A DNA stretch of 63,937 nucleotides, filler included, from Octopus bimaculoides (GCF_001194135.2; 5 parts of 5 records of this genome joined end to end with filler, not necessarily neighbours in it), one strand, 5' to 3'; positions 10,090 through 21,645 are shown, counted from the first letter of the whole stretch. Made by a program: numbers and translations. Notes: generated by a model not told the origin, from the sequence alone.

Positions 10090-10660
10090 AGGCTCTCTGT
10101 TGATAACAAAGGGCCGCTCCCTCAGAGTGAAAGGCAGACTGTATGATGCCTGTGTGCAAACAGCTATGCTACACAGTAGTTAAACATGCCTATACTTGAA
10201 AGAAATGAAGCTAGTATACTTCACTCGATGTGCAATATCAGTGTGCATGTACGACAGAGTATAAGTGTCTTGAAAGAAAAGCTGGACATAAGAGGCGTCA
10301 AATGTGGCATACAAGAGAGATGACTGTGCTGGTATGGGAATATAATGCATATGGCCGAGGGCAGCTGTGTAAAAATGTGCTGAACTCTAACTGTGGAAGA
10401 GATAGATCTAGGAAGACATGAGACAAGATGGTGAAGCATGGTCTTTGAACATTGGGCCTCACGGTGACAATGACAAGTGACCAAGACCTTTGGTGAGATG
10501 TTGTGCTTGAAAAGACCTGTCAAGCCAAATGAAATTATAGTCGTGGCCAATGCCAGTGATGCAGAGACTGCAACAGATACACCCGGACAAGTTTCAAATA
10601 AGTGGATTATACGTGGGCTACGACACCCTGCCAAGTGTAGTAACGGTAGAGGAGCTGTGG
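10090..10660 (+). mobile_element. RTE-clade LINE 3' fragment (decayed ORF end + 3' UTR)
   Basis: LLITKGRSLRVKGRLYDACVQTAMLH...ERNEASILHSMCNISVHVRQSISVLKEKLDIRGVKCGIQER*LCWYG, with in-frame stops. Confidence 0.85.
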
Positions 10661-11558
10661 CCACTTACAATTGCTAAAGAAAAAACATGATTATTAACTG
10701 TATGAGAGAACTGTTAAATGAAACTGCGAGTTTTGGGGGACTCGTAAGCCATTTCATCACCTCATTGTAAGTAATTCATTTCATTCATCATTCGTTCTTT
10801 GTACCCCACATGCTGTATTGTTTTGTCTGTCCTTGTAGTGTCCCTCCTCTGTGTAGTGGCCGCATGTGCCAAATAAAGAAATCAGTCTGAAATTGGTTTC
10901 TGACTCGCATGTATGAACAGCGGGGTTTTAACTGCTACCAACTCAGCTGAGACATGCAACAACCCAGAACAGCAGTTTTCACTGCTGTCAACCAAGCTGA
11001 ACCAATACTGTGATTTTTCATCACGCAAAAATGCTTTCTCCGCATATAACTCATAGCTAGTTATGCACATTTGTAATGTAGGGATATGTTTCGATGTCAG
11101 CTCAACACAGTATCATTTATGCTAAATAAATGAATTTATACTCACTACGACAGGATACATATCCACTACAGCGATATCAGAATGGAACTTTCTACAATGA
11201 TTCATCTGCATTAACATCTGTAAGTCCCACTAACTCACACACTGTTTGTTGTTTTACTCTTCTTCTACCAGCATATGTGATGAGACAGAAGGGTGTCCAT
11301 AAATAATCTTTACAACACTACCAAACTTCAAATTGGAATGGTAATTTATTCCCCACCCACCAACCTGTTTTCAGGAAAAAAAAGTGTATAGCGAGCATGA
11401 CAGAGGTCAGATTAGTTTAAAACATACAAAAAAAACCCAACTTATTACCAAATTTATTTAATGAAAAGAGTGGTTAACATACAAACCAACTTTGCTTTTT
11501 GAAGTATTAAGATGAGAAGGACTAAATAAGTACCAAACAAAGTACAAACAGGTTGATA

Positions 11559-11786
11559 TTGGGTTGTCCGGAAAGTTTATGCCGATTTGTAGTAGCTTAC
11601 CTTTCGACTTATTTGCCATGAAACCACCTCAGTTCTGGGAAGAGGTTATTTTCAAGTTAAAGGAAAGATGGAGACGCATTGTGCAACAAAATGGTTCATA
11701 TTTGGTTGATTAAAAATGTAATGGCAAGTATTTATTGACCTTTTTCTTTCCTTTAAGAATCGGCATGAACTTTCCAGACAACCCAA
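11559..11786 (+). mobile_element. Internally deleted mariner element (MITE)
   Basis: TIR ttgggttgtccggaaagtttatgccgatt / aatcggcatgaactttccagacaacccaa with TA TSDs. The interior encodes the transposase C-terminus FAMKPPQFWEEVIFKLKERWRRIVQQNGSYLVD*. Confidence 0.92.
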
Positions 11787-11893
11787 TATAATTAAATGAA
11801 ACAAAAGAATCTCTTATTCATAAGATGTTTTATGGTGAAAAAGAACTTTTAAAGAAAACAGTTGACCTATGCCTAAATCACAACACAACCACT

Positions 11894-12282
11894 TTATTGA
11901 TGAAGATTTTCGTGTAAGCTGGTAATAGACAAATAGCTTGAGGGTTTATTGGGACTGATGTATTTTGCCATGTTCATCTTCAAAAAGATTGTATCATTAG
12001 TTTTCAATCGGTATGTAAATCCCGATTGTATTACAACATGTTCTGGTAAATCTTCTAAGGAGTTAGAACTTTCTTTCATATATTCATATTTTGTTCCATT
12101 CTTTTTCTGAAACATCAAGGTTACAACCATCGAAGAAGTATCTTTTGGAATATACAATTGCACTGCACAGTTTATTTCATAAATCCCATCTTGTGGAATA
12201 TATATGTAAGTGTCGTCAACCAGCTGAATGTTGCCTACATTCTGCTGCCTACTTTTCTCCCAGTGCAAATTAGTTACTCTCT
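11894..12282 (-). CDS. TNF-like ligand gene 2, exon 4 (TNF homology domain)
   Basis: Intact frame, 81/129 aa identical to gene 1 exon 4 by hand alignment. One in-frame 6-nt indel, same acceptor, same stop context. Confidence 0.85.
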
Positions 12283-12325
12283 CTGAAAAAGAAATAATAA
12301 TAATAATAATAACAATAATAATAAT

Positions 12326-12592
12326 GGGTGTTTTGCTCAACATCCTTAAACAAACCTTATTCAGGGACCTTTTGAGCGGGATGGGCTACTCAACCTGAAA
12401 AAAATTCTAACTGGGCCCCACCTGCGAGGTCATGCGCTGTTTATCTTGATATGAGATCACCATGTCGCGCACATATGGTTGTGATGCATGTGCCAGGTGA
12501 ACCCTTATCAGATGGGTAGTCATGATGGGTATATTAGGCTTTGTATATTTTACCCCAGTGTCACTTTGATGGCATGCACTGCTCTCTCACTC
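12326..12592 (+). mobile_element. ~260-bp retroposon-like element embedded in (AAT)n, within gene 2 intron 3
   Basis: Reverse-complement copy at 46816-47068. Both copies are flanked by AAT repeats on both sides. Absent from the gene 1 intron. Confidence 0.8.
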
Positions 12593-12647
<55 letters not shown>

Positions 12648-13587
12648 TGCACATTGCTATTTCTCAATTATACATCAACCAATATAATATTTGTGTTTAT
12701 ACAATTCACACACGAACATGTAGTAGCCTCCACACATACACAAGATAAACAAGCATTGAGCACACAGTATTTAAATGCCTCTAACAAAAGCTGCAACAAG
12801 TTTCTTTTATTTCTTTTTAAACAATGGAAAGGGACATCTGTGCTCATTTGATAAAGCTTTCAAGAAATATTGGTGAATTTCATTCTGTAAACCTTGGGCA
12901 AGCACAATACAAAAAAAAAGCCCCATTACACGACTGGAGGCAGTGTTCTGTCAAAAAGTTCACACTAAACAGAAGGACCCGTCCCTTAATGTCACTTCCG
13001 ATACCCAACTGAAGGACACAACTTATAATGCACAAGCAATCCACAATACAAACACTAGGAGAGCAAAAGACTCAAGCACAAACTCCATAATAAAACATAC
13101 TGATGCAGTGCAATACAGAAAGGGTTTGTACTTCCTAAGCAATAAATAAAAAGGAACACATGATGCGTAACCCTCTGTTGCAGGGTTGTGAATACTGTGT
13201 TGATGACAAGCATGCACAGCCCCTCCAAATGCGGGTAGACAAACCCCTTCCAAGCTTGAAGCAAATCTGTTTAGGTTAGTGATGAAAATCACTCCTTGCC
13301 AGTAAGGTTAAAATGAATTCTTCATGTAAAATGCAGACTAAAAACGGATTATACCACATTGTCTGTTACATGGGTCACCAAGGGACATCCCCAGGGAGGA
13401 CTCAACTTCAGTTTAAAAAGTTGAAAATTGGAACAAACTCCTCTGAAAATGATCTTGAGGGAAATCAATCTTGACACCTTTCATTACTAACCCGGCTGAA
13501 ACCGGCTCAGGCTCTCTAGTACAAATGTCTAGCTTTCATTAGCAAATTATGAGAAAGTGTGCAATAAATTGGTTAAAATTAACTTAC

Positions 13588-13635
13588 CCAACTCAGTGTA
13601 ACCCTCTGTTTTCAGTTGGAAGAAGGCATGGTGAG
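13588..13635 (-). CDS. TNF-like ligand gene 2, exon 3 (SHHAFFQLKTEGYTEL)
   Basis: Same 48-nt length, splice sites and phase as gene 1 exon 3. Confidence 0.85.
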
Positions 13636-14266
13636 CTGAAAGATAAGAGAGAAAGTAGATGGGGAAAAAGAGATATATTTTAATACAGATTCAATATCAA
13701 CAGAAGACTATTCAAAGAAAAGGGCACTTCCTGATCTATTTCATAAATTTAATATTTCTGATTATTATCTAATAAATAATTATACAGTATATTAACTGTT
13801 TCACAATCATCATTATCATATAAAAATGATCTACATAGCAAACAATTATTAATCATTAAAGAAAGGGAGCTAAGACAATATAAACATCCTTATATTACAC
13901 CCATCACATAGTAGTTTCATGAGCTTTAACATGTTCAGTTGTACAGTAGCAATGCCTTGCTGGGAACAATAGTACAATTCTAGTAAACACGTACAGGAGG
14001 CTTCATCCTATCAAAGTGTCATCTGAAATCATGGTCCAGTTAATTATTGTAGACATTTCATTCACATATTTAATGATGTGGGTATTTTTGCTATTTATTT
14101 CTTTAGTATGTCTGATACTTTTCAAGTTGAAAGTATTGTTGCCTATTTTAAGACTGTAATATATTGAGGACATGTTTAGTGATTTCATTAACATTACTAT
14201 GTGTTACGGTGTCAGAGAATTTTATAGACATATGGAAGGTGAAATGAAAACAATATATGCACTTAC

Positions 14267-14309
14267 ATTGTGGACGCGGTGATGGCTCAGGCTGTTGCAA
14301 AATGTTCAC
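14267..14309 (-). CDS. TNF-like ligand gene 2, exon 2 (43-nt stalk microexon, VNILQQPEPSPRPQ)
   Basis: Acceptor ttttctttctttccactttag| and donor T|GTAAGT, phase 0 to 1 as in gene 1. Flanking introns are homologous to gene 1. Confidence 0.78.
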
Positions 14310-14566
14310 CTAAAGTGGAAAGAAAGAAAAGAAGATGAGAAAAGAAAAAGTAAAGATAAGATGGTAACTGATGCTGTTCATATTACCATCCTCTTTTTAT
14401 ATATACACATATGTTGTATGTATTGTTGGTTGTGGCTGGTCAGAAAGTTAACATTGGTTTCACACCTGTTATTGCACTTAACGATAGAGACACTTTCTAG
14501 ACTTGTTGGCCAGAGGCTCACAATCTCTCTTCTAATGGACACAAAAATAGAGTCTTAGTCAGTTTG

Positions 14567-14790
14567 GTAATAATCCTTTCTACTAAAGGCACAAGGCTTG
14601 AAACTTACAGGGAGGGGCTAGTGGATAGTCGTTTACATCAATCCGAGTGTCTCACTGATATTTAATTTATTGACTCCAAAAGGATGGAAGTCAAAGTCAA
14701 CCTTGGCAGAATTTGAACTGAGAATGTAAGGATGAGCGAAATACCGCTAGGTACTTTGCCTGGCGTGCTAATGATTGTCAGCTCGCCAGT
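14567..14790 (-). mobile_element. SINE family B
   Basis: Similar to other B copies (aaggatggaagtcaaagtcaacc...gaatttgaactgagaatgtaa). Confidence 0.75.
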
Positions 14791-14845
14791 TTGATAATAA
14801 TAAAGACCCTTCTAGGAGAGATGAAATTATCTCCCATTGAATATA

Positions 14846-15010
14846 TCGATATATTTAAAACACAGGATGTGTGTATGTCTGTGTGTTTGTCATGTCATTA
14901 AAACTCAAGATCCACCCAACCGATTTTAATGAAATTTTACACATGCAATACATAGGATCCATGGAGTGTCATGGGCCAAAAAAATTTTCAACTTCTTGCC
15001 TAATGCAAGC
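14846..15010 (+). mobile_element. Possible Helitron-like 5' end
   Basis: A|TC start, AT-rich run, tgtgtgtatgtctgt, then ccgattttaatgaaatttt, as in non-autonomous Helitron 5' ends. Confidence 0.35.
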
Positions 15011-15689
15011 CTATGGGAAGATAAACCGCATTTTTAAAGCATTTCGCAGCATTAAGGCCTGTAACTTGAAGAGTTGCTTTCTTCCAAATTTGCAACAAAC
15101 ATTCATCAGGCTCCTCGAAGTGCTGTTGACTAAAAAATTTTTCCAACGCCGACTATGCCCCCCCACTACCACCACAAAAAATGCAGATTAATCAGATTTG
15201 AGTAGGTTGCACTGGGTTTTATCTTTGTTTTAGGCCATTTTCTGACAATAAAATATATTGACACTACTTATGAATTATAAGTAGTGTATAATATTTCATG
15301 AAAACTGCTTTTGTTCAATTTGGCAGAGGAAATGAAAAGAACATTAAAATTTTTGTCAACGCTCTGCTGATGCTTCATGTTACCATCCTGTGTACCACTG
15401 GGCCATGTATTTGTGTGTGCAGCTGGGTAAAGGCACAATAAATCCAGTCATCCATTCTCCAGAAGTGCCCTGTTGATATTTCATGTTTCCAATCCTGTGC
15501 AATGCAGTATGTCTGCTTTCTATGTCACCCATGTCTATTTATGTTTATAATGTTTAATATACATTAAAAGTGTATAAATTTTGAATTTTGTTTATAATTT
15601 TATTTTCGTTCTTGTTTGGACCCCTCTTATTTGTCCATGACAGCTTTTTTCCAATTTGGCAGCAATCAATTTCTTTACCTCCACCCACC

Positions 15690-15937
15690 AGATGGGGCAA
15701 TTCTTTAGCTGAATAGTGCAGGAGCTAACTCCTGACCTGCTTCAAAATGTTTTTCACAACGCTAAGGAGAGATTTGAAGTATGCAGGGATACAGACATGT
15801 TGAAAATTTTCAATAAAAATTTGACATAAGATTTATAAATCTATTTGTTTTGGTAAAAAACATGGAATTTGGTCAGTTTTTTTTTTTTAAATTTGCTTAA
15901 TTTCATTGAAACAGATAGTTAATTCTGGAACACCCTG
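15690..15937 (+). mobile_element. Tc1/mariner-superfamily 3' remnant
   Basis: PDLLQNVFHNAKERFEVCRDT...HVENFQ* resembles a DDD transposase C-terminus. Ends with TIR ...ttctggaacaccctg|TA. Confidence 0.65.
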
Positions 15938-16077
15938 TATGGTGTAGCATTGTTAATTGTTGCGTTGCTCGAGTAAATATTAACATCAAAGGTCTTCTCA
16001 CCGTAAACGTCCCATCTTTTTGTTAAGCATAGTGTATCAAGGAGTATATTATCCAAAATGTATCTTTCCTTTATAGG

Positions 16078-16188
16078 TATGGCTGTGTGGTCGAGAAGCT
16101 TGCTTTCCAACCATGTCACTTTTGGTTCAGTCCCACTGTGCAGCACATTAGGCAATTCTCTTTCCTAGCAGCTGACCAAAGCCTTGTG
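16078..16188 (+). mobile_element. SINE family C, partial
   Basis: ggctgtgtggtcgagaagcttgctttccaaccatg...ggttcagtcccactgtgcagcac...gaccaaagccttgtg. Confidence 0.65.
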
Positions 16189-17643
16189 TATTATATAATT
16201 GACATTACTGTATTGATATATAAAATAACACATACAACTCACTTATTGTCATATAATAAACAGAGGTTCGTGTATGAAATTGATCTTTTTTCTACTTCAA
16301 TTATTACATGTTTTTTTCTTATAAAATACACACATACAGAAGGAGTAAATCTCTATATATGATAACACTTTGAATGTGGCTCCCGAGAAAGAGTAACAGT
16401 AATTACCCGATCAACGTGGCACCAGTGAGTTTAAGAACTCAACCAGGTACTATATTCTTCTAAGAAAAGCTATTTGTATTTTTGTTTGTTGTAATGCTTA
16501 AGTTCAATAAATCATGGTGCGTTTTAAATTTTCCCCCAAAATTTATTCACTTATCTCCCTTAGACCCGTCGTGTTTTTTGATAGGGTGGGGGCTGCACTA
16601 AATGCAACATTTTGGAAAAGGGCCCGTAGCTCCCTTGAATGGGGGAAGGCACATAAAGACTTGGGAATACTTCCATAGTCTTACCCGGAAAATTTTACAC
16701 AAGAATTAACTTTTAGTTTTTATGTAGATAAAATTTCACCCCACCCCCATTGATCTTTTCACCCGCACGATTTTTACGAAGGAAAAAAAAAAAATCGGAT
16801 CCCACCCCCTTTTTTTCCGAACGAAAATAAAGGATTTGCAGCATATTAGGAGATCAGAGTACTTGATTCCACGCAAAAAAATCCGATTTTTTTTTCCTTA
16901 GTGAAAATCATGCGGGTAAAAAGATCAATGGGGGTGAAATTTCCGAGGCTTCCACCTCACCCCGCCCTGATTTTGGAACCCAAAAAGGGTTTTGTAGTAT
17001 ATNNNNNNNNNNNNNNNNNNNNNNNNNNNNNNNNNNNNNNNNNNNNNNNNNNNNNNNNNNNNNNNNNNNNNNNNNNNNNNNNNNNNNNNNNNNNNNNNNN
17101 NNNNNNNNNNNNNNNNNNNNNNNNNNNNNNNNNNNNNNNNNNNNNNNNNNNNNNNNNNNNNNNNNNNNNNNNNNNNNNNNNNNNNNNNNNNNNNNNNNNN
17201 NNNNNNNNNNNNNNNNNNNNNNNNNNNNNNNNNNNNNNNNNNNNNNNNNNNNNNNNNNNNNNNNNNNNNNNNNNNNNNNNNNNNNNCGTATTAATTCCAA
17301 TATCTGTGTGCGCGCACACACTAACATAAATACATACATAAACGAAGGGGCATAACTACAGATTTCGGTTAATGTTGACATTATTACCCGGAAATGAAAT
17401 CGAAAAAAAAAAAAATACTTGAAAACAACAACAATTTATTCATTTGGACACCAACTAAAAATTACAAAATGAATATTGTTTACCCTAAGGTTCTTCAAGA
17501 GTGACAAATTTTCAGTTCTAAATTCTATTATCATCACAATTTAGATATTTTTTTTTATAGAATATAGAGATTTTGAAATAACTATGCGAAAAAAAAATAT
17601 ATCTTCACATTTATACTTTACTAATCTGAACAAGAACAGCAGT

Positions 17644-17674
17644 AACCCAGACAATGCTGGGTAATTCAGCTACT
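17644..17674 (+). mobile_element. Helitron-like 3' terminal hairpin
   Basis: acccagacaatgctgggt palindrome followed after a few nt by cagctac|t (CTAG-like, one mismatch). Confidence 0.45.
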
Positions 17675-17689
17675 GTGTGTGTATGTGTG

Positions 17690-17850
17690 TGTGTCGTAAC
17701 TTAGCGGTTCGGCGAAATAGACTGATAGAATAAGTACCAGGCTTAAAAGAAAAAAAGTACTGGGGTTGATTAATTCGACTAAAATGCTACAAGGCGATGC
17801 CCCAGCATGGCCGCATTCTAATGACTGAAACAGTAAAAGCAATAAAAGAA
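17690..17850 (+). mobile_element. SINE tail module D
   Basis: gtaacttagcggttcggc...gatagaataagtacc...ccagcatggccgca...atgactgaaaca, also seen at ~31020-31170 (+) and 44305-44480 (-). Confidence 0.75.
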
Positions 17851-18217
17851 ATGAGCTTTTCAGACTTAATTTCCCTCCGAATTATTTCTCCATTCTAAAC
17901 CTATCGTTTGCGTCATCGTTCTGGAGTGCGTAGAACAAAAAAAAAATTTTTGAAAAAGTCTGCTCTGATGGTTTCAGGAAGTAGCGAAATGAGTTTTGTG
18001 GGGAGAAAATATTGAAAAACGCCAATACTTGTCAGTATGAGAAAGAAACGAGAAAGGTAGTGATGGAATATGCTAGAAACAAAATCTATCTTTAATCTCA
18101 CAACTTTTCGTCTGAAAATATCTTTTCTGTTTTTTTACCGAAAAAGTTTCTATAATTTTTAAGTGACCCCTCCNNNNNNNNNNNNNNNNNNNNNNNNNNN
18201 NNNNNNNNNNNNNNNNN

Positions 18218-18229
18218 TTAATTAATTAA
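18218..18229. other. Synthetic scaffold-join linker TTAATTAATTAA (also 25238-25249, 56918-56929, 62795-62806)
   Basis: Identical 44N + 12 nt + 44N structure four times. The 12-mer is a palindrome with stops in all six frames. Confidence 0.92.
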
Positions 18230-18344
18230 NNNNNNNNNNNNNNNNNNNNNNNNNNNNNNNNNNNNNNNNNNNNATATATATATATATCCCCCATCCCTCA
18301 AATCTTTTACCTCATGCCTAATTTCGAAACTATGAAGGTGGTGA

Positions 18345-18770
18345 ATTGACACAATCGTTTCTGGCTCGAAATGAGTAGCTTGCTGGTATTTGTTCTGATT
18401 CTTTGAGTTCTGAGTTCAAATCCCACTGACTTCATCTTGAATTTTTTCCCCACCGGGGTCCAGAATATGTACCTGTTAAAAAGTGTGGTAGATTTAATCG
18501 TATTATTCTTTCTCTTGAAATTTATGGTCTTGTGCTTATGTTAGAAACGAGCGAGTTGGCAGAATCGTCAGAATGCCGGACGAAATGCCGCTAGTCTGCA
18601 TGTTCTGAGTTCAAATTCTGCCTTGGTCGACTTTATTCTTTTTATCCTTTCGGGATCGATAAAATAAGTCCCAGTTGAATTCTGGGGTCGATGTAATCGC
18701 CTGACCCCTTCCTTCAAAATTGCTCGCCTTGTGCCGATAGTAGAAAGGATTACTATATTTATTTTTTTAA
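18345..18770 (+). mobile_element. Two tandem SINE family B copies (older + younger)
   Basis: Each contains ttctgagttcaaat...catc(c)tt...ggggtc...tgtgc. Confidence 0.75.
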
Positions 18771-19264
18771 TTATCGTTATCATAAATCGCTATGAAATAT
18801 AAATAAAAAGCGAGGAGTGCTGATAAGCTAAGGCACATAAACCCCTTTTTTGTTATTGTGTGATTGCCCCTAATTCCTTGTAAGCAGGTGTAAGGCTTGT
18901 GAAGGATGACAATGACTAGATCTGCTTAATTTAGTTAACATATATATGTATGTATAGGCTGGCGTGTGCTGTCTTAAACGGAGGTCAAACTGTTGGTGAT
19001 GGCGTGCGAGTTACTCGGTAGCCAATATGGCGGTGGTGAAGGTGATGATGGTAATGTGATGGTAGGAATGGTGGTGGCGATGGTGGTGATATGGTGGTGG
19101 ATGTGTTAGTGGATTGCTGTGGTATTGGCGATAGTTGCGGTGGTGTTAATTAATTGTGGCTCGTGGCATTGTTCCTGTTGTCTATTAGCTGTAATCGCGC
19201 AAACCTTTGCGAAAAGGCACCCCAGCCATGACCATCCTGCTTTTTTCCTCTTACGACAGAATAG

Positions 19265-19460
19265 ATAACAGATCGGCGAAGACGTTTTGCCATAGTCCTT
19301 CCGGCTCTTTACGTTCTGAGTTCAAATCTTGTTGAGGTCAACTTTGCTTTTTATCCCTTCGGTGTCGATAAAATAAAGCACCAAATATTGAGGGTTAGCA
19401 TAATCCACTTACACCCCTCCCCTTCAAAATTACTGGCCTTCTGTCTAAATCAGAAACAAT
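19265..19460 (+). mobile_element. SINE family B, diverged
   Basis: tttacgttctgagttcaaatc...ggtcaactttgctttttatcccttcggtgtcgataaaataaagcacca. Confidence 0.7.
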
Positions 19461-20885
19461 TTTCCTGTTTCTTTGTATTTGAGGAATTCTATGTGGCTGG
19501 AAGACTGAATTTCAATGATTATGTTTTAAATCTGCCATCGAGGCGACAGAATTTTTTAATAGAACCAGTTGAACACCTGAGTCGATGTATGCGTCTTACC
19601 CTTTCTCCCGAAATTGCAGGCCCTGTGCTAAAACTTAAAACCAGTTGTGCAACAGGGTGAACGTTTTCGTCTTCCTCTTTCTCCCGAAACTGTTGGCCCT
19701 GTGCCACAACTATATTATCTAATGTCACCCGTTCATGAATTTCCAAGACGGGAAGAGGTGATATAAGGCAAATTTCAGCTGCTATATCTAGCAGTTTGGA
19801 CGAACGCATAGAGGTTTCCTTTGTTGGCCCGCGAGTTAATCACATTGATAGCAGTAACATTGTTGCTCAGTGACTTCCGGTCATGCAAGCATATGATCAA
19901 AGGCATTCCAACTGAGACCCTCCCGTCGATTTTAATTTTTTTTTCTTTTGTACAGCGTATTTCAGAACACATCTGGGGTGGCCTTCGTTTAAAAAAAAAT
20001 ACTGTAGGGTATAATATGAGAGAGATCTGGCTGTTATTTTTAGAAGGTCGTACGACCGTTCATTAGATCGTAGTGGTGGTGTTAGGGAAGATGGAGGTGA
20101 TGATGGTGGCGAAGGTAGTGATGGTGGTGGAGGTGGTGGTTGTGGTGGTGGCAGTGATGGTAATGATAGTGATGAATGGTTCACCAGGGTGGTCATGGAG
20201 GTGATGGTGGTGGGGGTGATGGTGGTGGGGATGNNNNNNNNNNNNNNNNNNNNNNNNNNNNNNNNNNNNNNNNNNNNNNNNNNNNNNNNNNNNNNNNNNN
20301 NNNNNNNNNNNNNNNNNNNNNNNNNNNNNNNNNNNNNNNNNNNNNNNNNNNNNNNNNNNNNNNNNNNNNNNNNNNNNNNNNNNNNNNNNNNNNNNNNNNN
20401 NNNNNNNNNNNNNNNNNNNNNNNNNNNNNNNNNNNNNNNNNNNNNNNNNNNNNNNNNNNNNNNNNNNNNNNNNNNNNNNNNNNNNNNNNNNNNNNNNNNN
20501 NNNNNNNNNNNNNNNNNNNNNNNNNNNNNNNNNNNNNNNNNNNNNNNNNNNNNNNNNNNNNNNNNNNNNNNNNNNNNNNNNNNNNNNNNNNNNNNNNNNN
20601 NNNNNNNNNNNNNNNNNNNNNNNNNNNNNNNNNNNNNNNNNNNNNNNNNNNNNNNNNNNNNNNNNNNNNNNNNNNNNNNNNNNNNNNNNNNNNNNNNNNN
20701 NNNNNNNNNNNNNNNNNNNNNNNNNNNNNNNNNNNNNNNNNNNNNNNNNNNNNNNNNNNNNNNNNNNNNNNNNNNNNNNNNNNNNNNNNNNNNNNNNNNN
20801 NNNNNNNNTATATATGCACATACATACTTACCTTATGCATATACGAGTACATATATGTGTATGAATGTATTTCCCTTTCATTCAT

Positions 20886-20925
<40 letters not shown>

Positions 20926-21439
20926 ATATAAGAAGACCATTTTGCTCGCCTTTGATTATTCTTCTGCATTGCACTTCTTTGCCTTCTCTGTGGAAAGCAA
21001 TCGGGTGCAGCTGGCTATTAACTCTCATCACATCGATAATACTCCATTGCTGATTCAGTGCACAAATGCCCACAAGGATATTCAAGACCTGATTATACCC
21101 CCAGGTATATTTAGCCAAGGATGACTTACATGCTGCCAAAACATTTTCCGCCAATGCGTAACCTCCACACCAACGACAGCTGTTCGTGTCATTCCAGCCT
21201 CACCGTTTAAATCCGACCGAAGATGATAAAGGCACAGTTTATACCGTTCAGAGGAGAAACTGGAACGTGGAGAGCTCTATTTTAGACATCATAGTCCTCA
21301 ACAGATTCCTTTGCGGAGATTTCTCCCATGCTGAGCAAGCTTTATGCGTTTGCTGAACCCCTTGTTTTTGTCAAACTCACCACTTTCGGCTCAATCCGTT
21401 GAGCCTTTCTCGTCACGATATTTCATCTGTTTTCTTTAT

Positions 21440-21645
21440 ACTGGTTTCAGATTTTGGCACAAGGCCAGCAATTCTAAGGCGGGGATAAATCGATTACATC
21501 GACCCCAGTGGTCAATTGGTACTTATTTTATGGACCCTGAAAGGATGACAGGCGAAGCCGACATCAGCGGTATTTGAACTCAGTATGTAAAGACGGACGA
21601 AACTCTGCCAAGCATTTTATCGGGCGTGCTAACAATCCTGCCAGC
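21440..21645 (-). mobile_element. SINE family B
   Basis: cgattacatcgaccccagtg...ggtacttatttt...gaaaggatga...gaactcag...aagcatttt. Confidence 0.8.

Noticed and set aside
10699-10919. Possible solo LTR (TG...AATAAA...CA)
   Set aside because: No matching target-site duplication and no second copy in the window.
21127-21270. Candidate exon 1 for TNF gene 2 (donor CAT|GTAAGT at ~21130; another donor at ~23400)
   Set aside because: The upstream frames encode no transmembrane helix or hit stops, and both lie beyond a synthetic scaffold join.
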